Assembly: GCA_010405405.1 (NCBI GenBank)
Contig: MU004231.1
Location: forward strand, 1,433,784-1,497,783
Direction: 5' to 3'
From: Microthyrium microscopicum
Taxonomy: Eukaryota
DNA: 64,000 nucleotides
A program made the position numbers and the translations under genes. The stretch's first letter is position 1; each line of letters opens with the position of its first letter. This document shows positions 37,266 to 49,787 of this stretch, in pieces. The notes under the pieces are model-generated. The model was not told where the DNA came from. It did no database searches and saw nothing but the letters and a program-made list of their open reading frames with translations.

Positions 37266-38210
37266 ATGTCCTTCAGTCGGCCAGGTGCTTTGCCTACCGC
37301 CAGCGGCTCAGAACTACCACCCCCTTTCATCACAGTCCCTTCTTTGGGAAACCTACGCGACGTTGGCGGTCTTCAATCCTCAACACCATCACCTTCCGCG
37401 ACCGCCCAATCCATACGCTCCAAGATCCTTTACCGCGCCGCAGACCCTTCAAACGTACCACTCGAGGGTCTCTCAAAGCTTCACAACGAATTGCGCATTC
37501 GAACCATCTTCGACCTTCGCTCTGCTCCTGAAATCAGCAACGCAGGCGGAGTTTCTGACTGGGAAGGACGGATCGCACAATTCAATTCAGCGCACGGCGG
37601 GCCTAGCAATGCTGTCACGCGCTACTGGACACCGGTCTTTCGCGCCGAGGACTATGGACCAGAAAGCGTTGCCCTGAGGTTCCGTGACTATGGCCATTCT
37701 GATGTGACAGTCGGTTTTGTCAAAGCATACGAGGCCATTCTGGAGAGTGGAGCACCCAATTACGGCATCATAATCAAGCATTTGGCACGCGATGGCGAAA
37801 ATTCTGAGAATGAAGGAACGCTAGTTCATTGTACAGCCGGCAAGGATCGTACGGGGGTGCTGGTGGCCGTAATTTTGGCTATATGCGGAGTGCCAGACGA
37901 AGTCATTGCGGAGGAATACCAGCTCACGGAATTAGGTCTGTCAGAGAGAAGACCAGCGCTTATTGCGCGATTGGTCTCTACCGGAGCCTTTGGCGAGGGG
38001 AAGGAAGCTGCTGAAGCTGCGGAGAGAATGACAGGCGCGAGAAAGGAGGCCATGCTTGCAACTCTAAGATTGATTGAGCAGAAATATGGCGGTCCTGAGC
38101 AATATGCTATCAAAGAGTGCCGGCTCACAGATGATATTCTCACGTCCTTACGGAAGCGAATGCTCTTCACTGGTCCAGCAGGCTCTACTGGTGGTCAAGC
38201 CGTCTTGTGA
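37266..38210 (+). CDS. Tyrosine/dual-specificity phosphatase (IphP/Y_phosphatase3-like)
   Basis: ATG at 37266 (ccaaaATG); PPFI.V..L.NLRDVGG, IFDLRS..E, catalytic HCTAGKDRTG, EEYQLT. Confidence 0.9.
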   Translation: MSFSRPGALPTASGSELPPPFITVPSLGNLRDVGGLQSSTPSPSATAQSIRSKILYRAADPSNVPLEGLSKLHNELRIRTIFDLRSAPEISNAGGVSDWEGRIAQFNSAHGGPSNAVTRYWTPVFRAEDYGPESVALRFRDYGHSDVTVGFVKAYEAILESGAPNYGIIIKHLARDGENSENEGTLVHCTAGKDRTGVLVAVILAICGVPDEVIAEEYQLTELGLSERRPALIARLVSTGAFGEGKEAAEAAERMTGARKEAMLATLRLIEQKYGGPEQYAIKECRLTDDILTSLRKRMLFTGPAGSTGGQAVL

Positions 38211-38636
38211 AGAGGCAAAAATTCACGATTCTACGATGTATGATATGCTAATCCATTGTTTAGACCCGTTTAGATCTATGATCAATACTCGTTTAATTCT
38301 TAACGTACTCGAGCCATGTGAACAAGGCGAGCTTATTCACTCGATCCGCAACAATACATTTTCATGTGACATCTCCTCTTTGTCCCGTACAAAGGTACTC
38401 GCATCGTGATAAAGATATCTTTGTGTCTTTTTATGCCAAAGCCATTGTGTCCTAATCGTGAATCAATTTACAAGATATATGTATGAACTCGGTTCTAGAT
38501 ATGATGGTGACTTTGAATGCTAGAACATATCGTATAGAGTACGATCTCAGCTTTGGTAATATCAACCCATTGAGTATACCACTCTAGTATTTATATTCCA
38601 TCAATAGAAAGCCTGAAAAGTTATTGCTAACTGATC

Positions 38637-39986
38637 ATGGAAGAATATTTCTCGACCAAACAGTGTCAAGAATTTGAATTGGCTCGTCAAGATCTTCCAC
38701 GATATATATTCAGAGGCTACACAGAGCACTCTGGACGATTTATCAATTATGACGCTAATGGTAAGCCAGACTTTCAGCCGCTGAATACCGCAGATGAAAT
38801 CCGCCCACTGGCATTTGCCTTAAAACCGCTGGTTGAAACCCCATTTGCTAAAAGGGATATAAAAGACATACAGAACGGGCCTTGGCAAGTCTCTAATCAC
38901 TTAAACTATGCTTCAGATTGGGTGCCAACAGAGTTCAGTAGTTGGACAGCCAGCCTACGCGTAGCTATCCATTATGCGCTGAAACAAACAAATGCAGATC
39001 CTAAGTCTGTCTTCTTAGCTGTACTTGATACAAAGCATCCTGAGTGTCGAGTAAAAGCTTACCCGTCTAGAAAGCTTGATAAAGGTACCAACTACTATAT
39101 GGAATACCTCGTACACGGAGTAGTCAGTGGACCTGCCTTGAGAGTCGTCCGCTGGGAAGACTGGTCCAACGCTTTCCCACATCCTATGTGGGAAGCTTTT
39201 CGGTACAATATCTTTGTCGGCCCACTCGATATCGACAACATGGAGGAATTTCAAGGCCGTCAAGACCCGTTACAGGCCAACTTCCTAGAGCAGGCTGCAA
39301 AAGTCACTCGCCTCGTTGCTCGGCCAGATGAGCCAGACCTTGCCTTCGTAATCTTCAGTGCCCTGCTCACGCAGGTAAAGAGAGATTGGTTCAGAGATTT
39401 GGCGTCAACGCGAAGAGCAGCACATGTACTGACTAACTTGCTAGCGTGGTATGGCTTCAATTGTCCGCGTTCTCTCCAGGGCTATAGTCAAAACTTGATA
39501 CCGGAATTCCCCCAAGATGCTGAGCTGTCCCCGGACGTCAACCAGCACTGGAACATCCTGCGAGCAATAACTAACGAATATCCATGGATCCACGAAGTCA
39601 TAGAATCGTTGTTCGCCGAAGATTGTGGGTACACATATCATTATTTTGAATTAATGGACCCTTGGACAGGCAAACCACCACCTGGTCTAGAAGAAGCGTA
39701 TGAGAAATGGCTAGAAGAGGGTGGCCCGGAAGCAAAGGCTCAGAAACAGGCTATGATGGATAAAAAGATGGAAGACTCTCTGCAGCTGCTCGAATGGCTG
39801 GCCATTACGCAGCCAGTGAATTTTACTGTCGAGCAGGATAACGAGTTTGCGGCTATGTCGTATTTCGATTACTGTGGTCTCTGGGACAAGTATGAATATG
39901 ATCTCTGGCTGCGTATGGATACCTCCATTGATAAAGAGACAAAGCAAGCAGACTTTCGGAGAAAAGAAGAATCCGGTGCTTGGTAA
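38637..39986 (+). CDS. Hypothetical protein with a possible ADP-ribosyltransferase-like N-terminal domain (5' end uncertain)
   Basis: 449-codon ORF; PRYIFRG, EFSSWTASL, MEYLVHG in R-S-E order. A gctaac branch-like motif just before the ATG means an upstream exon is possible. Confidence 0.7.
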   Translation: MEEYFSTKQCQEFELARQDLPRYIFRGYTEHSGRFINYDANGKPDFQPLNTADEIRPLAFALKPLVETPFAKRDIKDIQNGPWQVSNHLNYASDWVPTEFSSWTASLRVAIHYALKQTNADPKSVFLAVLDTKHPECRVKAYPSRKLDKGTNYYMEYLVHGVVSGPALRVVRWEDWSNAFPHPMWEAFRYNIFVGPLDIDNMEEFQGRQDPLQANFLEQAAKVTRLVARPDEPDLAFVIFSALLTQVKRDWFRDLASTRRAAHVLTNLLAWYGFNCPRSLQGYSQNLIPEFPQDAELSPDVNQHWNILRAITNEYPWIHEVIESLFAEDCGYTYHYFELMDPWTGKPPPGLEEAYEKWLEEGGPEAKAQKQAMMDKKMEDSLQLLEWLAITQPVNFTVEQDNEFAAMSYFDYCGLWDKYEYDLWLRMDTSIDKETKQADFRRKEESGAW

Positions 39987-40613
39987 TGATGATATCACTT
40001 AGTAGATGTATTGAAACAAGAGGAGGATCAGTTTAAAGTAGATACCATGGATAAGTGTTTAGGAAATGTTGAAGTATTCACCTCTACACGGGTAGACACA
40101 GATGAGAGACAAACAACAAGAGGGGTAGAAGCAAATAGAAACATTAGTTATACTTGTAGACTTAGATTCCTTCTCTTTCTCTCTTTTAGACAAAAATAAT
40201 CAGATGAAAATTCGTTCTTTTATTCAGCTATTCAATAGGAAAATGGAAACCCACTAACCTCATCTTTGCCAATTCTTTGATTCGGTCAAAGTCGTGACAA
40301 AGGAAGTAAAAGCATAGTAATAGTATTTCCTGAAATTCAAATCAACTCAAAGTAACAATATATTACAATCTCTATCCTTCTCTAAGATTCGTTATCAAAT
40401 GCTTTAACTCCCATCAAATGCGTGAAAGGGCGAGCATTTTATTGAATGTACTCGTAAATGCAGAATCTTGAGCGGTGCTAAGACAGAGAACTTGGTCTTG
40501 AGAGAACCATAATCGTTCAATGTATCATCAAGGCTCTTGATCTATTCAACTTGGTGATATTTAGGACAAATTTAGGCAAACCCGATGCAAACGCCTCGCT
40601 GACGGAAAGGCAG

Positions 40614-42367
40614 TCAGTTGCCTTCTTCGCTGAGATATGCCTTCCATCCAAGGCAGTGAAGACGCCAAGGGCGACCATCCGAAGATCCTCTCTCAATCTC
40701 ATACTTTTCCCATCGACCACCTCGTCCCGCACTCACCACAACAAGCTGGAGATCACCAATCCAGGCAATCTGACCCTTTGGTGGAGCGCCTTGAGCCATT
40801 GACGTTGGATTTAGAAGTCCACGAGTGAGTGTTTTGCCTTGGGGTGCAGACGGTATTCTGCGGTGTGATGATGAAGATGGGACGCCAATAGTCGGTGGTG
40901 GTATGGTTGGTGGAGGCGTGAATATGGCAGATTCGTCTAAAGTCGTGTGATGCACAGTCCGACCGGGTAATGTGAATGGTGCTGAGCAAACTGAGTACTG
41001 ATCCTTCATTATTCGTGGGGCGAAAGGAAGATTTGCAAGTGATCCATATTTCTTGGAGGGATTCGCGTTGACTGTGCCTGTGGAGGTTGTGCTTCCTGCG
41101 GTTATTGATGGTGGAGCATAATCTGATTGAGTATAGCCATAGCTATCACCAGAGAGTATTGATGTAGGAGGACGATCTTGGAAACGAGCAGACTTCTTTT
41201 GGGCTTGTGTGGCTTGGGAAACATGCGTCCATGTGGGCATACCCGGGTCGAAGTCTGCAGGATCTGGGGAGGTTAATACAGTCGATTGTGACATGTCATC
41301 AAGAGTCGCCGGTGGAAACGACAATCTTTTAGCTGCGTTGTCTCTCCGAATTTCGGATGGTCGTTTCGATGAGAAGCTTGCATGACGATGTGATGAGGCC
41401 TTGCTTGATGAAGTGTAATTGTCCGAAGGTCGTCGCTGATGTTCGCTGGACTTGCGTGGTTGTACAGATTCCACTTCTTCAAGCTCAAAGATGTGTATTG
41501 TGCCTTTGTCCGATGTGAGAGCGAGTAAACTTCTATCTGGTGAAAATGCTAGACTAAAGACGGCAGCTTCCTCTAGACCTCGTCGAAACTCTCTTATTTT
41601 TCCCTTGGTAGTCGTCGACCAGATTCGTACCAGTGTTCCTTTGTCGCTAGCAGTTGCAATGTATTTCTCATCTGCACTAAGAGCGATTGCTCGCAAGTGA
41701 GAAGTATGTGCATTCAGGATCGATGCTTTGATCTCAGCAAGATCGACTAGCTGAAGCTTGCCTTTAGAAATGCCTGGGAAGGCCAAGTATCGAGAGCCAA
41801 GCACAGCAACTGCGTGTGGATTTGATACGGTGGAATATGAGTGCACTAGTGATCTAGCAGTAAAATCCTCCATACGAGAGCTTAGAAGAAAGATGGCCAG
41901 TCCTGTTTCGCATACGGGAATGAAAAACTTGTCGCTGATCAGGACACGCAGTGGTCGGCTATGTCCATCTCCAACAGCAACGCCAACCTCATTAGTTGCA
42001 TTGTTCCAGATGACAACCTGGTCTTGTTAGCCAACTCAATAACAGATCGTACACTCTCAAACGTACTTCGCCTCTAGGACACTCCTTGGGAGCAGATTGT
42101 CTACCTCCCAGAAGTGCTAAGATATTGCTCTTTTTCAGAATAGTTGCATGTTGAAGTGGTCCAGAGAATTCACGAAAGCACAGTAAGCGAGAATCCGTGG
42201 TATCGTACACTTGCACAAAATTAGAGGAATGCCTTCTGATAAGCCAAGGGTGACAAACCTCGAAAGCCGTCTTCGCATGCAGCCACAAATGCTGTTTGGT
42301 CTCTGTTTACATCTACGCCATAGACGAGAATAGACGGGCTGGGATCAAAAGGTTTGCGGATGTTCAT
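40614..42367 (-). CDS. HSV2: PROPPIN WD40 phosphoinositide-binding protein, Hsv2/SVP1-like 2 (Atg18/WIPI family), 3 exons
   Basis: MNIRKPFD start; AHTSHLRAIALS, ATASDKGTLVRIW, EFRRG lipid-binding motif, TSDKGTIHIF; introns ~42259-42212 and ~42065-42018. Confidence 0.85.
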
Positions 42368-43170
42368 GTTGTACCTAGGACTCCGGAGGGAGAGACTGGA
42401 ATGCAACGGGCGGGAAAGTTATCTGCGAAAAAGTTCACAGGTTGGTGCTATAGACCAAGAAAAGAAGGCATGACTGGTAGTCCGGGTCCAAGTATAGAAT
42501 CAATCTAGGCGGCAAACGCGATGAGCCGCATCACTTATTGGTAAAGCATCTGGTGGGGCTCTAATGACTGTAGTAACCAAAGTTGTCCTGGAAACAGTTC
42601 CCAAGCTCTTGTGAAATTGCTGCACAGACCAGCTGGATGAAGCCGGTCACAGGTTGAAATGTATGGTGTAATTAGGTATAGTTGATATGAGACAGTTGAG
42701 GGCGGAGCAGAGACTCAACTGCATCTGATCTGCTCTGATGATGGGAAGTCATGGATGGCAAGTCAGGGTGAGGCTACAAGGCCAGAAGGGAACAAGGCAC
42801 CAACTTTATCTGAGGCTGCAAGGCGTGAAGAAACGCGCTGTCCCGTGATTTATGCCAAGACTCAATCCGTCCCTGCGCTAACCCTTTTAGCTCAGCGCCC
42901 CTTGCCTAATTTGTCTATGCACCAACCAACGGTCAATCTCCCTTTGCTCGCAGTCCAGTCAATCGCTGCTGCCAAATTCCCGTCCCCTCAACCTTTACAA
43001 TTATTCTCTCTCCCAATTCCATCCGCCATACCTCCTTTTCTATCTCCCTCTCTTGTCAATTCCATCTCTTTCCTCCATCTCGTTTTCTGTAAACCGAAAA
43101 GGTTGGCTCTCGCTATCGCAAGAACCGCAATCCTCAGTCTCGCGACTCATACACACCCCAATCCGCCAAT

Positions 43171-44661
43171 ATGATGTCCTCGTCGTCAATGAGCGCTGTA
43201 TGCTTCCTTTTCTCTTGCTCCTGTCATCGCTACTTTCTGCGCCATCTGTCGCTGACCCTCGCTAACATTAGAACAAGATCCGCCGGAAGAAGAATGTCAA
43301 GAAGGGAATTCAATTCTGCCTGATGGTCTGTGGCGCGTCGGGCACTGGTACTTTACTCCTGAACTACCGCCCAACATCTCCCATATCTAATCATTCCCAT
43401 TAACTAGGCCGGACAACTTTCGTAAACACTCTCTGCGGCAAGAAGGTGCTACAGCACAAAGATTCCGATGACCCAACAGCGGCGCATGTCGAAGAGGGCG
43501 TCAAGATTAAGCCAGTCACTGTCGGTATGGACAACCTTCCTCCCTCGTTACCATCTCGGAAGGCACACTCGGCTAATTTATTCATGGCAGAACTCGATGA
43601 AGAAGGCACTCGTATTTCATTGACCATCGTTGATACCCCAGGCTTCGGCGATCAAATCGACAATGAGGCTAGGTAGGCGCATATCTATCATCCTTGCGAT
43701 CATCCACTAACTACAAAAGTTTCTCCGAGATCGTTGGCTATCTTGAACGACAATACGATGATATTCTTGCTGAGGAATCGCGTATCAAGCGTAATCCTCG
43801 TTTCCGGGACAATCGTGTTCACGTTCTCCTCTACTTCATTACCCCAACCGGCCATGGGTGAGTGCCTCTGCCAACCCTATACATATTCTTCTAACGTTTC
43901 TTTGCAGTCTTCGTGAATTGGACATCGAGCTCATGAAGCGTCTCTCCCCTCGTGTCAATGTGATTCCAGTCATTGGTAAGGCTGATTCTCTCACACCCGC
44001 CGAGCTTGCCGAATCCAAGAAGCTTGTCATGGAAGACATTGAGCACTACCGCATCCCAATCTACAACTTCCCATACGATATCGAGGAGGATGACGAAGAC
44101 ACCGTGGAGGAAAATGCCGAGCTGAGGGGACTTATGCCATTTGCCATTGTAGGCTCTGAAGATGTCATCGAGGTCAGCGGTCGCAAAGTCCGCGCACGAC
44201 AATACCCATGGGGTGTTGTCGAAGTCGATAACCCACGCCACTCCGACTTCCTTGCAGTTCGCAGCGCTCTCCTCCACAGCCATTTGGCCGATCTGAAGGA
44301 GATCACCCACGATTTCTTGTATGAAAACTACAGAACCGAGAAGCTCAGCAAGAGCGTCGATGGTGGCTCCAATGCGTAAGTCTCCAATTTTCCATAAACT
44401 CAAACAAGGTACTAATGTCTTCACAGCGAAGCTTCCATGAACCCCGAAGACTTGGCATCCCAATCTGTTCGCCTAAAGGAAGAGCAGCTTCGCCGCGAGG
44501 AGGAGAAGCTGCGCGAGATCGAAGTCAAGGTCCAACGCGAAATCAACGAGAAGCGACAAGAACTCTTGGCCCGCGAAAGCCAGCTGAAGGAAATCGAGGC
44601 ACGAATGCAACGAGAGCAGAGCAACCAACTCACCTCACACAACGAAGAGCCAGAAGAGTAG
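43171..44661 (+). CDS. CDC11: Septin Cdc11 (AspA), 7 exons
   Basis: Splices to MMSSSSMSAIRRKKNVKKGIQFCLMVCGASGTGRTTFVNTL...DTPGFGD...GKAD...RQYPWG...C-terminal coiled coil. GTGRTT P-loop and polybasic region typical of Cdc11. Confidence 0.93.
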
Positions 44662-47600
44662 ACTGTTCCCAGTCATCAGCAAATCAGCCTCAAGTGCATA
44701 CCGTAACTCATGTCTTTTACCTTATACCTAATGGAGCCGGTGTTCAAATGTGGTTGTCGGATGGCTCGAATTCCCTGTTACTCGATTAAAAACCATAGAT
44801 TGTGGGGCGGACTGGCCGATGTCTTGGGAAAAAGGAACATGGCTTCGATAGGTGGATAGCATCAGTATTCTGAGGCTATGAGGGTGAAGGAAGAGAGACT
44901 CATGTTTCTACTTCGTTTGTCCTTTGATTATCAGCATTAGCGGAATCAGTTTTACAAGCCTTGTCTTGCCAGCCATCCGAAAGCTCTGGCGTCTTGGTTC
45001 TTTCTGTTACAGCGACTATCAAAATATACCTGGTCAAGTTTTGCTCCCAGCAAATGTCTATTCCCTCCCATCGTTTGTCCTCATACCCATCCCGCTGGTC
45101 TTTTTCATCCTGCCTTGCTAATCAAACGCTTGGCTGGGATGGTGTTTGTCAATGTATCGAAAATCAGCAACTGCTGTTTTCCTTTTTTCGCTTTGGCGAG
45201 CGGGCAAAGAAAAAGGAGACGGGTCTGTTATCACAGCATTGTTCCCATCTGACTTCCAATGTTATATGTTCTTTTCGTTTCTCATAGGCTGCTACTTGGC
45301 TCGGCCTGTTTATTTTTGAGTAGTCTATATTAGTACCCCAAATTCCAAGAATAATGTCCCCCAATGTTAATCATTTCACTCATGTTTACGCTTACTTATC
45401 GAGTCAGGTGGCTGGTGCGATGGCTTATTCTGTTTATGGTCTTTGCTCAGAGTCTTTCTCGTTTATAGGAAGATGAGCCTGATAGTGTTTCTGGATGTGC
45501 TGTCGGCCGACAGCGTCTTTACGCTATGCTGATGAAAGCTAGACGCTGGTCAAAAGCGTCAAAGCAAAGTGTGATCCCGGGAGGCAGACAGAGAGTATGT
45601 CGTCTTCGAATAGAGGACGGCGCTCACTGTCGAGTCCTCTTCCTTGATTGCTAGGAAAGTGTGAATGTGATCTTCTGTGAGTTTGTTATTCGACGTTTGA
45701 TATTCCTTGCTAACTATCAGGTAGTCTTCGTATTTCGATATCATGTTATTACTCGGTCGAATGACCACGCTCATTATTTATCTAGGCGCAGTATGCACAC
45801 TTGATTCTCCGGACCGCGAAATTGGGACCAATTGGCTAATCCAGGATCTTTTCTGCTAGAATACTGTTACGATTCTTGTGGGAATCCTGGTCACGTCGTG
45901 TAACTACTGTTGAAAGGTTGTTAACACTGACAAATCGAAAGCATTGAGGGATTCCCAGTTGACATGCAGAATGTTGCTGTGAGCGAGGGTAAACGAGCAA
46001 GGCGAGATCTTGGGCTTGTATTACGCCCTGGAGAGGCCTTCAGGGAACCAGGCTCTGAAGTGATCCCAGGTTGCTTCGAAATCCACAGACAGATGGTATT
46101 ACACCCGCTATTTCAGCGTTTGAGACGGCGGTCTGACAATCGCATTCAAGGTACGTATCATCCCTATGAGTCGTGTAACCGATTCGAGGCTAATGACCAC
46201 CACAGTAAGCATTAAGCTGATGCCCATATGCTTTCTAGGACATGAGAGGTCTATCTTTGCGATCCACTGGCATGCATAGCTGAGCCTAAATCCCTAATAC
46301 TCTTTCGACGTTCCCTTTCGGCCAAAGTTTTGACTGTTTCGATTGAACAACCATCTCTGCGCATGATATAGTGGAAGTATAGGGTAGCGATATGCAGCAT
46401 GGTCCAGCAGTGCATCTGAGGTACTAGACTGACAGGCTGATCTGCTGCAGTGGCACACGACAATGCCACATTATATGCATTGAGCTCACTCTAGGTCCGA
46501 TTTCAAGTTCCAGGGTTGCGAGTTGTTCACTCCAGACTGACAGACGGTGTGGGCAGTTGCCGAGACCAATACTCTCTGTTTTCTCTTTGACAATTGAGTT
46601 CGCATAGGCCACAGCGAGAGAAGAGGTTGATCCATTTCAGATCCTGCGAGCATATTTCGTAAGTCGCATGCCGATTGTCCGGTTGTCTGTACCGAAGTAT
46701 GGCTTAGTGTCCCCAGGTCATTATTGCTTACGTTGGCTCTAGGTGGCACGTTATGCGCAGGTATTTACAACGAGATCTACAAATCCATCATTACCATGAC
46801 CATTATTGCATGGCTGGATGAAACAAGTGGCATCCTCCGACGGCCATGATGTCTATCGCAGCACTTCATGATATTGGTAACACGTCAATTCTACGAAAAC
46901 ATACCAGGTCCAGGAGATTCCAATCGCACGTGGTTAAGAATTTCTCACCGAAGTTGTCAACTTGTCAGATTGCGTTGACAAAACGGCTACTATGTAATGA
47001 AGACTTCACACCCACTATGACAGCCATTGAACGAACTCACAGACATATTTGCTGACACGAAATAGATCAACCCATGAAGTTCTTCATATACCGCAGGAGT
47101 GACATACTTAACGTTTTGTCGCGTGAATACGTATTCAATGACAATACTAGAAGTGAGTCTCTACCTATCAACACAGGAGATCCTATCCTTCGAAAACTAT
47201 TTGAAAACTATTTGCTTCTAGCTCACAGCCAAGTAGAACTTATCACAACACCTTGAGATCCTACGAAGCTCAACAATGATGAAGCTGGATACGATAAATC
47301 TTAACTTGCTACCGAAGACCAAAACTACCTAACAATATGCTACGACTTGACATGATCGAGTCATTGAAACCATAGTTCACCGGGACTAGAACTCTCATAC
47401 CTCGCCTTAGCTCACTCAAATGTCCAAATCCTAGGTCCGTTATTGTCAAACTTTGGCAAGGAATATATAGCGGCGCGTACGGCGGAAGTGTTAAATCAAC
47501 AACTCCACTTTGATGATATCTGAGTAACACTCGGCCCGTCTAGTTGAAGTTCGATTTTGCCCCAAGGCTAGACCCAGTTGATCGTAAAGTGACTGGGCAG

Positions 47601-49787
47601 GCTGTATGGCGGCTCCGGCGCGAAATATTGATATCCTGGCTGTGATTCTTGCGAGGGTTGTGTTGATCAAGGATGACTTGCAGATGGTTTTTGAGCCAGT
47701 GAAAGTAGTCACTGCAAGCTAATTCGGCAAACCTTAAAATGCTAGTCCTGATTTTCACAAGTTCAATCATCTGACTGGAAATACATGTAAAGAGGATCCT
47801 TTGGTTAGTCTGGTTCATGGAAATCAGTGGTCACAAAAGGGGCCAGCTGAGGCCATCTGGGAAGTTTATGGATGAATTTCTTGCCATGCCGTCTATGAAG
47901 TCCACGAAGGAGGTCTCCTTGATAATACAGAATGAGAGAACTTTCCAGAGCGAGCACACGTGAAGTGCATAGATTTCCCAGGCTAGAGAATCCTACAGCC
48001 AAACCACCGGTCTTCCCTCCCTCCCATCTGCGCAGATGGAGAACCAAAGAGCTATGAAATATGCACTATAGCGTACGGGCCAAAAAGTGCTCCCTGATGC
48101 CTCCGATGGATGTGAGATGTCTCCGCCATTCCCCGCCAATGAGGATTTCAGAACCACTTCGCATTATGCGGAGCGAGACCTGGTTCTCGACGTTCTGCAT
48201 GGCATTAACGAGATTCAGTTAGCCCATCCCCACCACGAGAATTGTCCTTGTGTTTTTTTGATAATAATCGCGCTGCATTAGAGAGTATCTCACAATTTGA
48301 CAATCGAAGGTACAATAAGCTGTTTCTCAGCCCGGTTGTACTGCTACAAGAGCCTAATGTGCTGGTTGCCTCACCGTTTACGGTACTAGGATCTTTTCCC
48401 AGCTCAATGACTTGGTTGTCTTGAGAAACGCACATTAGTTTGGCCTTTTTACAAACCATCATGCCACTGGTTGTTTCCACCAACCGGCCCTGACTTGGTA
48501 TAGACACTAGAGTACCCAGCCTTGCACAAGCTCTTTTGAGTTTGAATGGCGGTTGGCGCGTTCAAATTTATATCTAGAAGGCATCGCTAGGATGAAATGC
48601 TCTATTGAATGAGAGCACTAGAATAAATCCGCAGCTGTCCCAACAGTTGCCAAAGTACACTTCAACCGAATCACATCGTTCAATTCTAACGTTCGGTGCC
48701 GAGTCTACTACCAAATGCAGCTATGGAAAGTACACATAATTTACTATTCTCTCGACGACATTACAATCAGAACATGGATTGCCACCCTGAAACTTTCGGT
48801 TCCGGGACATCTGTCGACTTTCGGTTCACGGAAAAGTGCATGCATCGTACTTCATGCATGTATGAACACACTGCCATCTCAATCACTCACCGGGGGCAAA
48901 CCGAACTTGCTGGCAAGTGCCGCATGTTTCTAAAGGTAGGATATATGCCTGTCGATTTTCAGCACGCAGAACATGCAGAGACTTCCCATGCAAACAACCT
49001 GCACGCAACTCGTTTCTGGACCAGTAATGAAGTAATCCTGGTACTAAATGAGGCTCTTGTTTGTGGCTATTTCCACATAGATCGCCCGTTTGATTGGATA
49101 AGTCTTCCAAAAACTACCCACACACAGAAGTCGGTAAGCACACCTTTTGGGCCTAGCAAATACAGAGAGAATTGGTCTACATGGCATCTCAGGTCGCCTT
49201 CGTAATCCTACTTGCTCAAAACTCAAGTCTACCTACCTGTTAGCATGCACACGGAATTTCCCTCGCTCTGCCATGTACATGATCGACAGACCGGATTGAC
49301 GTATTGAGACTCGTTCCGGATCCACTCACCTTGTTTCTGTTCGAAGGACTAGCCCATAGACCCGATCAGGAAGCATTTTAATATTTAGCATGACCTTGTA
49401 GACCCGTTAGGTTGTACACACAATATGTGCGCAGTACAGTAGGCTGCTAGACTGCTTCCATATCGCAAGTAAGGAGAGACAAGCCAACAGCACTTCTCTA
49501 GTATCGGTTATGCGGGCCGCATCCGTCAACCTTGTAGTTGACAAGCTGAACATAGCAACTTGAAAGACACTAGTTATGTGAGCAGTTCTTTTAAGGGCCT
49601 CTGGGGTCTTTTCTCGAGAGACATTGAGTTTCTATAAATTCCTTCTATTCTCTCATCAACCGCACATAACATCATGTAAGTTTAAAGATCCAGATCAGGC
49701 CAATCCGAAAGAAACCTATATGTAAGGCCTACAACGCTAAACCTTACAGCAGATTGCTTTTCCCGGAGGCCGCTTGCTTGCGTTTCA

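Noticed and set aside
25215..39986. Secondary-metabolite cluster (oxygenase, esterase, HD hydrolase, phosphatase)
   Set aside because: No backbone enzyme (PKS, NRPS, terpene synthase), cluster transcription factor or exporter; the genes are interleaved with housekeeping genes.
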